NCBI GenBank assembly: GCA_965204345.1
Contig: OZ241981.1
Span: forward strand, 192,001 to 256,000
Direction of reading: 5' to 3'
DNA length: 64,000 bases
DNA from: Nitrosopumilus sp.
GTDB taxonomy: Archaea; Thermoproteota; Nitrososphaeria; Nitrososphaerales; Nitrosopumilaceae
The notes beneath the pieces are model-generated. The model was not told the origin of the DNA. It ran no database searches and worked only from the letters and a program-made list of their open reading frames with translations. Below, piece by piece: positions 32,813 through 43,461 of the stretch; within the stretch, counting starts at the first letter, position 1, and every line of letters begins with the position of its first letter. The translations under genes were made by a program, and so were the position numbers.

Positions 32813-34741
32813 TTGTCTGATTTTGAATTTGTTCCAACCAAGCAGCAGATCCAAGAATCCAGCATTTACAAATTTATGAAAAAACACAACATCTCCTCTC
32901 TTAGGGAACTATCTGAGAATGCCAGGCATGATCTACAGTGGTTTTGGAGGTCAGTAGATGAGGATGTTGGCATTGTCTGGGACAAGCCTTACTCCAAAGT
33001 ACTAGACAGTTCACAGGGAATTGCATGGACAAAATGGTTTGTAAATGGAAAAACAAACATCTACAAATCATCTGTAGAAAGATTCTCCAGGCTTTCACCT
33101 GAAAAGACTGCATATTACTTTGTATCTGAGGATGGAAAGAAATCGCAGTTATCCTATTTGGAATTGGACAAAAAAGTATCCAAGCTTGCAAATGGGCTAA
33201 AGTCCATCGGTGTCAAAAAAGGAGACGTAGTTGCAATATATTTGCCCATGATTGAAGAGTCGATTTTGGCCATCCTGGCATCTGCAAAAATCGGAGCAGT
33301 CCAAACTGTTATTTTTTCTGGATACAGCACAGAATCACTGCAGATACGACTGCAGGACTGTCATGCAAAGGTTCTTTTAGTTTCTGATGGGTTTAATCGG
33401 AAAGGAAAAGCAGTATCCCAAAAAAAATCTGTCGAATCTGCAGTTTTGAATACTATGGTTGAAAAAATAATCATAATTCCATACAAGGGAGTTGACAAAC
33501 ATTCAGAGTCTGAGAAAATCATTTTTTATGACAAGCTTGTTTCTGCTCAAAATGACAACTGCATGACAGAGGTTCTTGATTCAGAGGATCCGTTGTTTGT
33601 TTTGTATACATCTGGCACTACGGGCAAGCCCAAGGGAGTCATTCACACGCATGGCGGCTTTTCTGTTTTTGCAGGACATCAGGCCGCCTACCTGACAGAC
33701 ATTCAGGCACAAGATACCCTGTTTTGGCCTGCAGATATCGGATGGATTACAGGACTAGTGTGGAATGTTTATGGTCTTTTGATTAGGGGTGCCAATGCAG
33801 TAATTTATGACGGCGCACTGGATTTTCCTACAGCTGACAGGGTTTGGAGGATGCTATCAGACTATAATGTGACAATTTTTGGAATATCTCCAACAGCTGT
33901 AAGATTATTTAAAAAAAACAATGCCGAGCCCTTGAAATCTTTTTCATTGGATAAAATAAAAAACATTCCAACAACAGGAGAGCCCTTGGATGAGGATTCA
34001 TGGTGGTGGCTGTATGAAAAAGTCGGCAATAAAAAAATTCCAATAGTGAATTTGTCTGGAGGTACTGAAATTGGCGGTGCAATGCTGTCTGTGTTTCCCG
34101 GCATGAGCTTAAAGCCCTCCACTGTTGGAATTCCCGTACCCGGAATGGACCTGAATGTAGTTGATGATGAAAAAAATCCCATACGCCAAAAAAATGGCTA
34201 TCTGATTATTAATTCGCCGTGGCCTGCAATGACTCGCGGCCTGCTAAATGATGATGACCGATATATTCAGACATACTGGTCTCGCTTTGAGGATACTTGG
34301 TTTCATGGTGACTATGTCTATGTTGATGGTGATGATCTTTGGTACATGCGTGGAAGAACAGATGATGTGATCAACGTTTCTGGCCACAGGATGAGTACTG
34401 CTGAAATCGAGCATGCCGTAATCTCCCACAGCAAGATATCTGATGCTGCATCCGTTGCAATTCCTGATGATCTTACCGGCGAGGCAATCGTCGTATTTTT
34501 TGTGGCAGATGACAAATCCGAATCAGTTAGTTCCTCTGAAATATCAGACTATGTCTCTGAAAAGATAGGCAAGGTAGCAAAGCCCAAATTTCTTTTTCAG
34601 CTATCTGATCTTCCAAAAACCAGAACCGGAAAAATTATGCGCAGATTACTAAAATCAAAGATTCTAGGAGATGACCCTGGCGACCTGTCTTCGCTTGAAA
34701 ACCCTCAAATTTTGAGTGAAATTCCAAAATTAGGTCGATAA
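32813..34741 (+). CDS. acs: AMP-forming acyl-CoA synthetase (acetyl-CoA synthetase-like)
   Basis: YTSGTTGKPKG, GRTDDVI.VSGHR, PKTRTGKIMRR. Confidence 0.9.
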   Translation: MSDFEFVPTKQQIQESSIYKFMKKHNISSLRELSENARHDLQWFWRSVDEDVGIVWDKPYSKVLDSSQGIAWTKWFVNGKTNIYKSSVERFSRLSPEKTAYYFVSEDGKKSQLSYLELDKKVSKLANGLKSIGVKKGDVVAIYLPMIEESILAILASAKIGAVQTVIFSGYSTESLQIRLQDCHAKVLLVSDGFNRKGKAVSQKKSVESAVLNTMVEKIIIIPYKGVDKHSESEKIIFYDKLVSAQNDNCMTEVLDSEDPLFVLYTSGTTGKPKGVIHTHGGFSVFAGHQAAYLTDIQAQDTLFWPADIGWITGLVWNVYGLLIRGANAVIYDGALDFPTADRVWRMLSDYNVTIFGISPTAVRLFKKNNAEPLKSFSLDKIKNIPTTGEPLDEDSWWWLYEKVGNKKIPIVNLSGGTEIGGAMLSVFPGMSLKPSTVGIPVPGMDLNVVDDEKNPIRQKNGYLIINSPWPAMTRGLLNDDDRYIQTYWSRFEDTWFHGDYVYVDGDDLWYMRGRTDDVINVSGHRMSTAEIEHAVISHSKISDAASVAIPDDLTGEAIVVFFVADDKSESVSSSEISDYVSEKIGKVAKPKFLFQLSDLPKTRTGKIMRRLLKSKILGDDPGDLSSLENPQILSEIPKLGR

Positions 34742-34807
34742 AATCTCACTCTTTGATATTTTCTATTTCACGTTTTATCTATAATTCATGCTTTATAAGA
34801 CACATCA

Positions 34808-36166
34808 ATGAAGTTTGTAGTTGATCAGCAAGTAGAAGACATTGAGATGCCTGAAAATCTCAAGCTGAATACGTTTTTGCAGGAATTTCACTCAGATTGC
34901 CCTAGTCCTCAATGTAATTTCGGGTTTTACGGCTTTGCCTTTGGACAGTCCCCATTTCCGGTTCCAAAACTAATTCAGGATGCACTAATCAAAAATGCTG
35001 ACAAGGGTGCATATGCTGCTGTACCGGGCATTTCTGAGCTGCGCAATGCCATTTCCAAATACAACAAACACTATTTTGGCATGGACGTTGCACCAGAAAG
35101 GATCTATGTGGGCCCTGGAACCAAGGAGTTAATCTTTAATTTGCTGGAAATTCTGCATGGAACCGTAATTTTACCTACTCCTGCCTGGCTGGGATATCTT
35201 CCGCAAATCCGGTTTTTGAAGAAAAATTATCACATGCTGCCAACTAGGGCAAATAAAAAAATATCCCCAAATGATCTAAGAAAGCTGGCATTACGGCTGC
35301 AGGACAGGCAAAAGGTGCTGATCCTAAACAATCCCCACAATCCCACGGGTCTGCTTTATGACAAGTTGGAATTAGAAGAAATTGCCGATGTGTGCAGAGA
35401 GCAAAACATTGCCATCATCTCTGATGAAATTTATGCTCAAACAACATATGATTTTTCCAGGTTTGTTAGTATGGGGAAGATATATCCAGAGGGCACATTT
35501 GTAACAAACGGCCTTTCCAAATCCCATGCGGCAGGCGGTTACAGGCTGGGCTATGTCGTATTTCCACAGCATGCAGTCGACTTGAAGGGCCAATTTAAAA
35601 AAATCCTTGCAACTGAATATACGGCAGTTTCAACCCCGATTCAGCATGCAGCCGTTGCAGGATTTGAAATAAGCAAGGAAATGGACGAGTATTTTGATGT
35701 AACGCGTAGCATCCATCAGATTATGGGCGAATATACCCATCATGCATTATCTGCCATTGACGGAGTTAAAACTACAAAGCCTGATGCGACATTTTATCTC
35801 TTAGCTGATTTTAACGCATTTGGTACGGACCTGCAAAAATTAAAAATCAGCACGTCCCAAAAGCTATCCGAATCCCTAATAGTTCATCCATATCACACTG
35901 CAATAGTTGGGGGAGACAGTCTTGTTCTAGAAAGAACTGACTTTAGTGCCCGAATTGCATATGTGGATTATGATGGCTCTAGCGTATATCAGAACTATCT
36001 AGAACACAAACCCAAATCTCATTCTGAAAAACTTGAATTTATACAAAGTAATGCACCCAAAGTTGTTTCTGGGATTAAGATGATTGAGAGCTTTTTTGAC
36101 GCTGTAAAAAAGGGAGATATCCCCAATACTGCGCCTAAATTAAATACAGTAATCCCTTCAGCCTGA
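34808..36166 (+). CDS. PLP-dependent class I/II aminotransferase
   Basis: NNPHNPTG, SDEIY, GLSKSHAAGGYRLG. Confidence 0.92.
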   Translation: MKFVVDQQVEDIEMPENLKLNTFLQEFHSDCPSPQCNFGFYGFAFGQSPFPVPKLIQDALIKNADKGAYAAVPGISELRNAISKYNKHYFGMDVAPERIYVGPGTKELIFNLLEILHGTVILPTPAWLGYLPQIRFLKKNYHMLPTRANKKISPNDLRKLALRLQDRQKVLILNNPHNPTGLLYDKLELEEIADVCREQNIAIISDEIYAQTTYDFSRFVSMGKIYPEGTFVTNGLSKSHAAGGYRLGYVVFPQHAVDLKGQFKKILATEYTAVSTPIQHAAVAGFEISKEMDEYFDVTRSIHQIMGEYTHHALSAIDGVKTTKPDATFYLLADFNAFGTDLQKLKISTSQKLSESLIVHPYHTAIVGGDSLVLERTDFSARIAYVDYDGSSVYQNYLEHKPKSHSEKLEFIQSNAPKVVSGIKMIESFFDAVKKGDIPNTAPKLNTVIPSA

Positions 36167-36656
36167 TATTTTTTAGTCCTTCATGTTCTTTTAGGGCATC
36201 ATCTTTAACAATCTCATTTGTAAAATTTCTTTGTAGATTGAACGTAAAATTAGGTGGGTTATTTTTTCTTAATCGTATTTATTCTAAGAGAACTCTGACC
36301 TGAATTGTAATCTACTTGTCGTTTTACTCCATACATAGCTCCAAACAATATTCCTAGCAATCTAATTGTTACGGCTATTTGAGAAATCACTGAATTATCT
36401 GTTGTTTCTTGTTTATGTTTTCTGGTATGTGCGATGGTTCTGCTTTTGGAATTATGTCTTTATTCATCATCTTTTGAATTGCAGATTTTATTATTTCAGG
36501 GAGATATAAAGTCAGGAAAATCTGTTACTATATCTGATCCTCTAGGTAGTGGAAAAATTACATTGGGATTATAGCGCAGGTAAGACTGCTGCGATAAAAA
36601 AGATCCATTGATAACTAATCTCAAACAATAATAACATGGCAATTTAATGACAAACC

Positions 36657-37214
36657 TTGCATGCAAACAAAAAGCCAAAGATTAGAAATGTGGTGTGTAC
36701 TGCCGATCTTAAGCAAAATGTGAATGTCCCCAAACTATCAAAACTGTCTTGTGGAATCTATGATCAGGCAATATATGGGGGGCGGTGTGGTTATGTCAAA
36801 ACCCCAGATATGGAAGGCAAAGTCACCATATTTCCTAGTGGAAAGATGATCTCAGTTGGTGCCAAATCTACAACAAATGCAGTCAAACAGCTCAACCACG
36901 CAAAATTTCTTCTAGTTCAGGAAAAATTGATTTCAGACATTAAATTAAAACCCAACATAAGAAATATTGTTGCGACCATAGATGTTGGGCATATCATACC
37001 AATAGACAAACTATCACTCAGCATTTCTGGTTCAATTTATGAACCTGAAACTTTTCCTGCACTTATTGTGAAGGGGCTAGATAGTTGTAGTTTTCTTGTG
37101 TTTGCCTCAGGAAAGATAGTGATTGTAGGTGCAAAATCTGTAAAAGAGACAAACACTTCATCATTTGAGTTGTTACAAAAACTGAATAGTTTTATGAAAC
37201 ATGAAAAAGATTAA
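36657..37214 (+). CDS. tbp: Divergent TATA-binding protein paralog
   Basis: Two TBP repeats: NVVCT...IFPSGKMISVGAKS and NIVAT...YEPETFPAL...VFASGKIVIVGAKS. Confidence 0.85.
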   Translation: MHANKKPKIRNVVCTADLKQNVNVPKLSKLSCGIYDQAIYGGRCGYVKTPDMEGKVTIFPSGKMISVGAKSTTNAVKQLNHAKFLLVQEKLISDIKLKPNIRNIVATIDVGHIIPIDKLSLSISGSIYEPETFPALIVKGLDSCSFLVFASGKIVIVGAKSVKETNTSSFELLQKLNSFMKHEKD

Positions 37215-38124
37215 TTCTGTATTTACTAACCTTCACATTAATTTTTAGCAGTTATAAAATTATGCTATTTTAGTTTCTAAACTAATCAAATGTTGTCTTT
37301 TCTATATCACATGAAATCATCTAGATGTAACGCATGTACAGTATGATTTGGATTTAAAGTTGAACATCAGCAAAGAGATGTGGATTCTCTCATCAAATTA
37401 GTTCTTTAATTTTATTACTAATAAAGTTCTGTTAGCAGAAATATGATTTTTTCAGTATCTAATTTGTGGATTATTATTTTGTCTTATTCCTTTTATAAAA
37501 TTCTTATTTCTCCTGACATTAATTTTGGTAAAAGCGAATCTCGAATTTGCATCAGATTAGATATCTGTTTATAATTATTTTTTATTTCTTTAAATAATAT
37601 CTTGAGAATATTTTCTAATTGTGACTGAGTTTTTTGCTTAGGAAGTACAAACTTCAGATTATACATATTATTTTGATTTATTTTTGGCTGTACCGCTCCC
37701 GTTACAATATGATTTACATTCGTATTTTTTAGATAAACATACAATAATTCATTAGATATTTTTTTCCCTTTCAAAACATGAGCATGATTGTTTACCCAGA
37801 ATTTTTCCCAAACATATTGTAAAATTGGATGCCCTTTCTCATCGATGACTGAACCGTCCTCACCCATCAAAACATAAGTCCCATCAAAAATAAAATCATC
37901 AACATAATCTAAGATCTTAGTTGCACCATAATAGGGATAACATCCTTTTTTGGCAAGTCTTTCAATACTTGATAAGGGAATTCGTTTAGAATCAAAATTT
38001 TTTACAACTTCTTTTAATTTCTTTACTTCCCAGCCCTCAGGTATTTCTATCCCTAATTCTTCATTGTAAACCATCTTTCCTCCTGATGATTTGTATGGAT
38101 TATCTTTTTCATTTGGAAATTCAT

Positions 38125-38185
38125 AGTCAACAAACCATGATTTGAAGACTATGCAAACAAGTCAACAAACCATGATTTGAAGACT
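38125..38185. repeat. 26-bp direct repeat (38125-38150 / 38160-38185) with 9-bp spacer; candidate recombination core site
   Basis: agtcaacaaaccatgatttgaagact x2. Confidence 0.92.
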
Positions 38186-38226
38186 GTCTGGGCGATTTGT
38201 TCGAGGATTTTGTTCTGTTTTTGAAG
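38160..38226 (-). repeat. Left arm of ~67-bp inverted repeat (partner 45584-45649)
   Basis: Reverse complement matches 45584-45649 except A5 versus A4. Confidence 0.95.
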
Positions 38227-38740
38227 GTTTTCTATTGTCGTGTCAAGTGCATCTAATTTAGCAATAATTTTGTCTTGTTTATCTAAAGGAGGTAAATGGA
38301 TTTTAATTTCATCAAAGGTTGACATAGTAATTGTATCAAATACAGTTCCATTGGAAATTTGGGTATACTTATTTTTCAGATTTTTTAAAATATAAAATAA
38401 GTAAAGAGGTCTGACGGATTTAGGAAAAACTTCTAAAGCATAACATGATTGGTTACAACTCATTTCTGATGGAAGGATGCATAATGATCCAACAGTTCCC
38501 CTAGATGAGATAATAATAGTATGCTTTTTTAGTACTTTTGCAGAACTATTGCTAATTCCTTCTGATGTTATTTTTCTTTCGGTATCATAAATATACCTAC
38601 CATTAATTTTTGTGATATCTGTTGGAGTTATCCATTTGATATTTCCGTTCCAATATTCTGGTACTGATGTTTTTGGTGTGCCACTTAAAATTATTTTACA
38701 CATTTCAGAAAGTTTCTTACTGTTTAATTCTTGAATCGGT

Positions 38741-41700
38741 TTAACTGTCAAATCCAACCTCTTGATAATTATTTTCCGTCTGTTGCATAATCACAGGAAT
38801 CACTTTTTCAATCTCGTCAGTTGGGAAATCTTCTTTTATTAATATTTTAGTTACTCCAACTCGAATTTCGGCTTTGACTTGTTCTTGATTTAACCAATCA
38901 ATCTTTAGATTTTTCTTCAGATAATCAACAACATCTATTGCAATCTTTCGTGCATCGATGTCATTTTCCAGATATTCTCTGCCCATCCTAATGATATCAT
39001 AAAATGCAATTTCCTCATTAGTCATTTCTAGTTCATCCGTTCTTTTTGACTCATCAGTAATATCAGATGCTACCTTTTCAAATTCTGGATATAGTGTGTC
39101 AAAATCTTCAAATTTTCCATGATACCTTGATAATGTCTTTTCAATTCTTTCCTGGAAAGTCTTTTGTTTTGAGATATTCCCTTTTAGTCGCGCCTTAATT
39201 GCATCATCAAGTAACTTGTATGCCAATTCCATCTTGAGATTTTTTTGGGAAAATTTCTTTATCTTTTCCATGTATTCCTTGTTTAGATCAATTTTTTCAT
39301 CATCGTACTTGATGTCATAAAATCGAATATTCTCATCAGCATCAATTGCCTCTTCCACCAAATCCCGGATTGCATCTTCCTTTTCAGGAGGTGTGTAAAG
39401 TATTCCTGCGACTGATTTTGACATGATTCTACGCATTAGCTGGAAGAATCTCAAATCATCTTCTACTTCCTGGCATGCCGGATGTGGCGTACACACAGCA
39501 TATGCTTTGGTCAGTTCTGCAACATTTTTTATGAATTGCTTTCGAACTTCTTGATCATCTAGAATTTCTTCTATTGCATCATCAAGGTATGAGCCTTGTC
39601 TTCTCTGTGAATACGGTTTGTCAACCCCAATATCTACAGTAAAAAAGCTACATAATTCCAAGTGCTTCTTTTGCATGTACAAAACAATCTCCTCAGTTGG
39701 TATCATTGCGCCCCTAACATCGGATTCATTATATGATCGAAACGCAGATTTTAAATCATCAGTAATTCCAATATAGTCAATAATCATTCCACGTGGTTTG
39801 TCCTTGTGAACGCGGTTGACACGGGATATTGCCTGGATTAGGTTATGGTCCCGTAGTAGTTTGTCCACATACATTGTATGTATTACAGGTGCATCAAATC
39901 CTGTCAGATACATGTCACAAACAATTAGTAATTCCAAATCACTGTTTTCATCTTTGAACTCTCTTACCAATTCTTCCATTTCAGATTTTGATTTGTAATG
40001 TTTTGATACTGTTTGTTCTCTATTCTTTTTTTCTTCAGATGCATCATCTGCAAGTGGTTTTGCTAACCCGGAAATCACACAAGTACATTTTGGAGCATCA
40101 GGAATTTGAGAAATTAAATCAGCATATCGAGCAGCTGCTAGTTTTGTTGATGTTGCAAGCATGGCCTTTCCTTTGAGTGTTTTTTGTTTTTCTTTAAAGT
40201 GACAAACCAAGTCTTTTGCAATTACCTCTAGTCTGTCAGGATCCTCCAGCATTGTTTTTAGCTCGGACCATTTTTTTGAAAGGGACTCTATTACATCAGG
40301 ATCTAAATCTTCTGTAATCTTATTAAAATCAGCACCAATCATTTTGTTTTGCAAGTGGAGTTGGACTAGTCTGCTTTGACAGGTAATTTCTACAGTGGCC
40401 CTGTCTCGTACTGCATCGCTAATTCTGTAGGCAGAGAGAACATCTCCAAATACGTGCGTAGTTGACTTGTCTTCTTTCTCAATTGGCGTGCCTGTGAAGC
40501 CAATTTTAAGCGCATTTGGAAGTGCTCTTTGCAGGTTTTGAGCCATGGTCTTGTACTGTGAGCGGTGTGCCTCATCAGCTATTATGATGATGTTTCTCCT
40601 CTCAGAAATTAATGGATATTTTACCATCCCTTCTTTTTCGTCTTGTGTTGTTTGGAATTTCTGAATTGTTGTAAATATTATCTTTCCAGCCGGAACTGCC
40701 AACTTTTCTCTTAAATCAACTATGGAATCAGCTTCCAACATTGCAGTCTTTGGTTTTGGATATGGAAATCCTGCAACCTTGAAGAAATTTCCCAGCTGGC
40801 CATCCAAATCCTTTCTATCAGTTAGGATTACAAAGGTTGGATTTTCCAATTGTTTTATTTGAGAAACAATATTTGTATACAAAATCATTGTTAGTGATTT
40901 ACCACTGCCTGTTGTATGCCAGATAACACCAATTTTATTATCTCCACTTTGTGGATAAACTTCTAATGTTCGTTTAACTGCTGCCTTAACTCCGGTGTAC
41001 TGGTGTTGTTGTGCAATTTTTTTAATTGTTTTACTTCCATCTGATTCGTATTCAGTGTAGTTTTGAATTATTTCCAATAATGATTCTTTGGTTAACATTA
41101 GATGTTGCATCATCTCTAATCTGTTTGCAACTGTCTTGTCAGGATCTTCAGGGTCATTCCAATCTGAAAATCTTTCAAAGGGCGCAGTCATTGTTCCATA
41201 TCTTGCATATATTCTATCGCTGATTATCAAAAATGAAACATAGTTGAATAGACGAGGGATAAATTTTTGATAGTTAGTAATTCCCAGTTGCTTGTATGCT
41301 GAAACAATATCAGTTGATGAGTTTGTTGGATCTTTGTACTCTAAAAGAACCAAAGGCAACCCATTTACAAATATAATGTGATCTGTCCGTCTTTGTTCAT
41401 GTTGCTTAATGATTAGTTGCCTAACTGCCAAAAAGTCATTGTTTTCTGGAACCTCAAAGTCTACTAGTTTTATGGCATAGTATCTGGTCTGACCCTCTGA
41501 TTGATATGGCACCTTGACACCTGCAAGCAGCATTTGGTGAAACTCTCGATTGTTTTCTATCGTAGTTGGATTTGTCAGTGATTTTACCTGGTTTATTGCA
41601 GTTGTGTAGACAGTTTCAGGTAAATTTGGGTTTAATTGACGGATTTTTGTGCCTAACCGGTCTAGTAAGAGAACGTCACTGTAGTTTTTTCGCTCATTGT

Positions 41701-41800
41701 TTAGATCAGTTCCTTCCAATATTTCGTAACCCAACTCTTCGAATGTCTTATGAGCTGGTAGTTCAACTAATTCAATCTCATTTAGTTCTGATGGGGACAT
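38741..41800 (-). CDS. hsdR: Type I restriction endonuclease subunit R
   Basis: D.IIFVNGLPLVLLEYK, WHTTGSGKS, DEAH, FTGTP, LTGFD, QAISRVNR. Confidence 0.96.
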   Translation of the reverse strand: MSPSELNEIELVELPAHKTFEELGYEILEGTDLNNERKNYSDVLLLDRLGTKIRQLNPNLPETVYTTAINQVKSLTNPTTIENNREFHQMLLAGVKVPYQSEGQTRYYAIKLVDFEVPENNDFLAVRQLIIKQHEQRRTDHIIFVNGLPLVLLEYKDPTNSSTDIVSAYKQLGITNYQKFIPRLFNYVSFLIISDRIYARYGTMTAPFERFSDWNDPEDPDKTVANRLEMMQHLMLTKESLLEIIQNYTEYESDGSKTIKKIAQQHQYTGVKAAVKRTLEVYPQSGDNKIGVIWHTTGSGKSLTMILYTNIVSQIKQLENPTFVILTDRKDLDGQLGNFFKVAGFPYPKPKTAMLEADSIVDLREKLAVPAGKIIFTTIQKFQTTQDEKEGMVKYPLISERRNIIIIADEAHRSQYKTMAQNLQRALPNALKIGFTGTPIEKEDKSTTHVFGDVLSAYRISDAVRDRATVEITCQSRLVQLHLQNKMIGADFNKITEDLDPDVIESLSKKWSELKTMLEDPDRLEVIAKDLVCHFKEKQKTLKGKAMLATSTKLAAARYADLISQIPDAPKCTCVISGLAKPLADDASEEKKNREQTVSKHYKSKSEMEELVREFKDENSDLELLIVCDMYLTGFDAPVIHTMYVDKLLRDHNLIQAISRVNRVHKDKPRGMIIDYIGITDDLKSAFRSYNESDVRGAMIPTEEIVLYMQKKHLELCSFFTVDIGVDKPYSQRRQGSYLDDAIEEILDDQEVRKQFIKNVAELTKAYAVCTPHPACQEVEDDLRFFQLMRRIMSKSVAGILYTPPEKEDAIRDLVEEAIDADENIRFYDIKYDDEKIDLNKEYMEKIKKFSQKNLKMELAYKLLDDAIKARLKGNISKQKTFQERIEKTLSRYHGKFEDFDTLYPEFEKVASDITDESKRTDELEMTNEEIAFYDIIRMGREYLENDIDARKIAIDVVDYLKKNLKIDWLNQEQVKAEIRVGVTKILIKEDFPTDEIEKVIPVIMQQTENNYQEVGFDS

Positions 41801-41835
41801 TTTGATTTACATATTGGATCAGATTCAATCATAAT

Positions 41836-43182
41836 TTAAGTTTGAGTTGTTTTTATTTTTGTATTTTCTAGTACAGATAAAATGGTATAAAGAATGTTTT
41901 CTAGTCGTAAGAGGTGGCTTTGATGCTGGTTCATATCTTTTTGAATGCTACATACTGAACGTTCAATGAATGTCAAATTACATGGTTTGTCATTTACAGT
42001 CTTGTTATTCTGTGTGGTAGAATGTTTCTTACATGAATAGTTGGTAGAGCCTGTAAGGAGATTTATTCTCTCAGATGCTTTTGAGAATTCGTGGATGCTT
42101 GATTCAGGATATAATACAAATTGTTTTTCGTAACTATCCTTTGGACTGTGTCCTATTATGTGATCTGCAACATCTGGCCTGCATCCTGAATCAATAAGTG
42201 TTGATTTGAGAAGATCTCGCATTCGATGTAATCTGTATTGATTTTTGGTCTGAAGGTTTGGCACATGGTTTTGTAGTTTGGATCTTGCAGCCAACTTGCG
42301 AAATCTTTTGTATATCCAGTTAACTGTGATTGGATTTCCCTCCGTATCTACAAACAACGCATTGTCAATTTTGGGTTTATCCTGTCTTGTCTTTAGATAT
42401 TCAGTTATTGCTACAACTGCATCAACATCAAGAAATCCCGTATGCATGAATCCTGTCTTTACCCTGACAAGTGGAATAGGAATCGGTGTGTTATTCAAAT
42501 TCCATGATTCGGGATTCTCAGATCTAAAATGCTTGAGAAGGCACTCCCATACCTCAAAATTAAATCTGTCTACCAGTGTTGAACTATCTAGTCCTCTCTG
42601 AAACTTGCACAAAAGTACAGCTTTCTCTATTGGCTGTATGTCATTGACGGTTAGAATTCCCCAAAGATCTTCAATGGTAAACAATTGATCATGATGTTTT
42701 TTCTCATTTCTGTTGATTCTGTGTTTGAATTGAAACGTAATGTCGGACTCATTTTCCCTAAAAAATGATCTGATGGAATACATGGCAATTTTTGTAGTGG
42801 ATTGTTTTCTTACAGATAACATTTCTGCCAGGTATTTCTTGATCAAGTGTGCAAAATCTGCCTTGTTGGCATAGTCTTTTCTGCTGAGCTCAAGCAAATG
42901 TTCTATTCCTGCAAGTTGTGTAATGGTTTTATGCTGTTGCAAGATGTTTGTATCTACTTGTATCGGTACAACAAACTGAAATTCCTTGTTTAAAAGCCAC
43001 TTGTGAAATCCCAATAATCCATATGTGTATGCATCCCTTGTACCGCCATGTCGTGATTTACCCTTTATGTTTTTTGTATTGGTACCACTCAACTGCTGTC
43101 TCCAATATTTTACAGATTCAAGTTTACAAAAATCATCAAAAGACATATTTGTATAATTTGGTGTGCCTGCAAGTTTTTTCAA
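41836..43182 (-). CDS. Tyrosine recombinase/integrase
   Basis: RVKT, HRMRD (HxxR), IIGH...Y C-terminal motifs. Confidence 0.85.
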   Translation of the reverse strand: MKKLAGTPNYTNMSFDDFCKLESVKYWRQQLSGTNTKNIKGKSRHGGTRDAYTYGLLGFHKWLLNKEFQFVVPIQVDTNILQQHKTITQLAGIEHLLELSRKDYANKADFAHLIKKYLAEMLSVRKQSTTKIAMYSIRSFFRENESDITFQFKHRINRNEKKHHDQLFTIEDLWGILTVNDIQPIEKAVLLCKFQRGLDSSTLVDRFNFEVWECLLKHFRSENPESWNLNNTPIPIPLVRVKTGFMHTGFLDVDAVVAITEYLKTRQDKPKIDNALFVDTEGNPITVNWIYKRFRKLAARSKLQNHVPNLQTKNQYRLHRMRDLLKSTLIDSGCRPDVADHIIGHSPKDSYEKQFVLYPESSIHEFSKASERINLLTGSTNYSCKKHSTTQNNKTVNDKPCNLTFIERSVCSIQKDMNQHQSHLLRLENILYTILSVLENTKIKTTQT

Positions 43183-43461
43183 GTCATGTCAGACTCTGAA
43201 TCTTTGAATAAAAAATACACTGGCAAAACAAGTGATCATATCAATTATTGTTGGATCTGTTGTTATTTTTTATATTGATATTCTCACAATATATGATTAG
43301 ATATGGGAACTGTATTACTTGATATTTAATTCACATTTGTTTCAACAACCATAATGATTATAATATAGATATGATGGTTTGTTATTGGATAAAATTTGAT
43401 ATGCCAAAACTAATCATGGTAACAGTAGGATATTTCAAAGGGTAAAATATGCAATAAAGAG

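Larger units (their letters stand above)
37493..38757 (-). pseudogene. hsdS: Type I R-M specificity subunit HsdS-A, split by a 35-bp insertion in the central conserved region
   Basis: N-half ends FKSWFVDLFA*; removing 35 bp restores FKSWFVDYEFPNEKDNPYKSSGGKMVYNEELGIEIPEGW...LLPKLMSGEIRIL. Confidence 0.9.
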
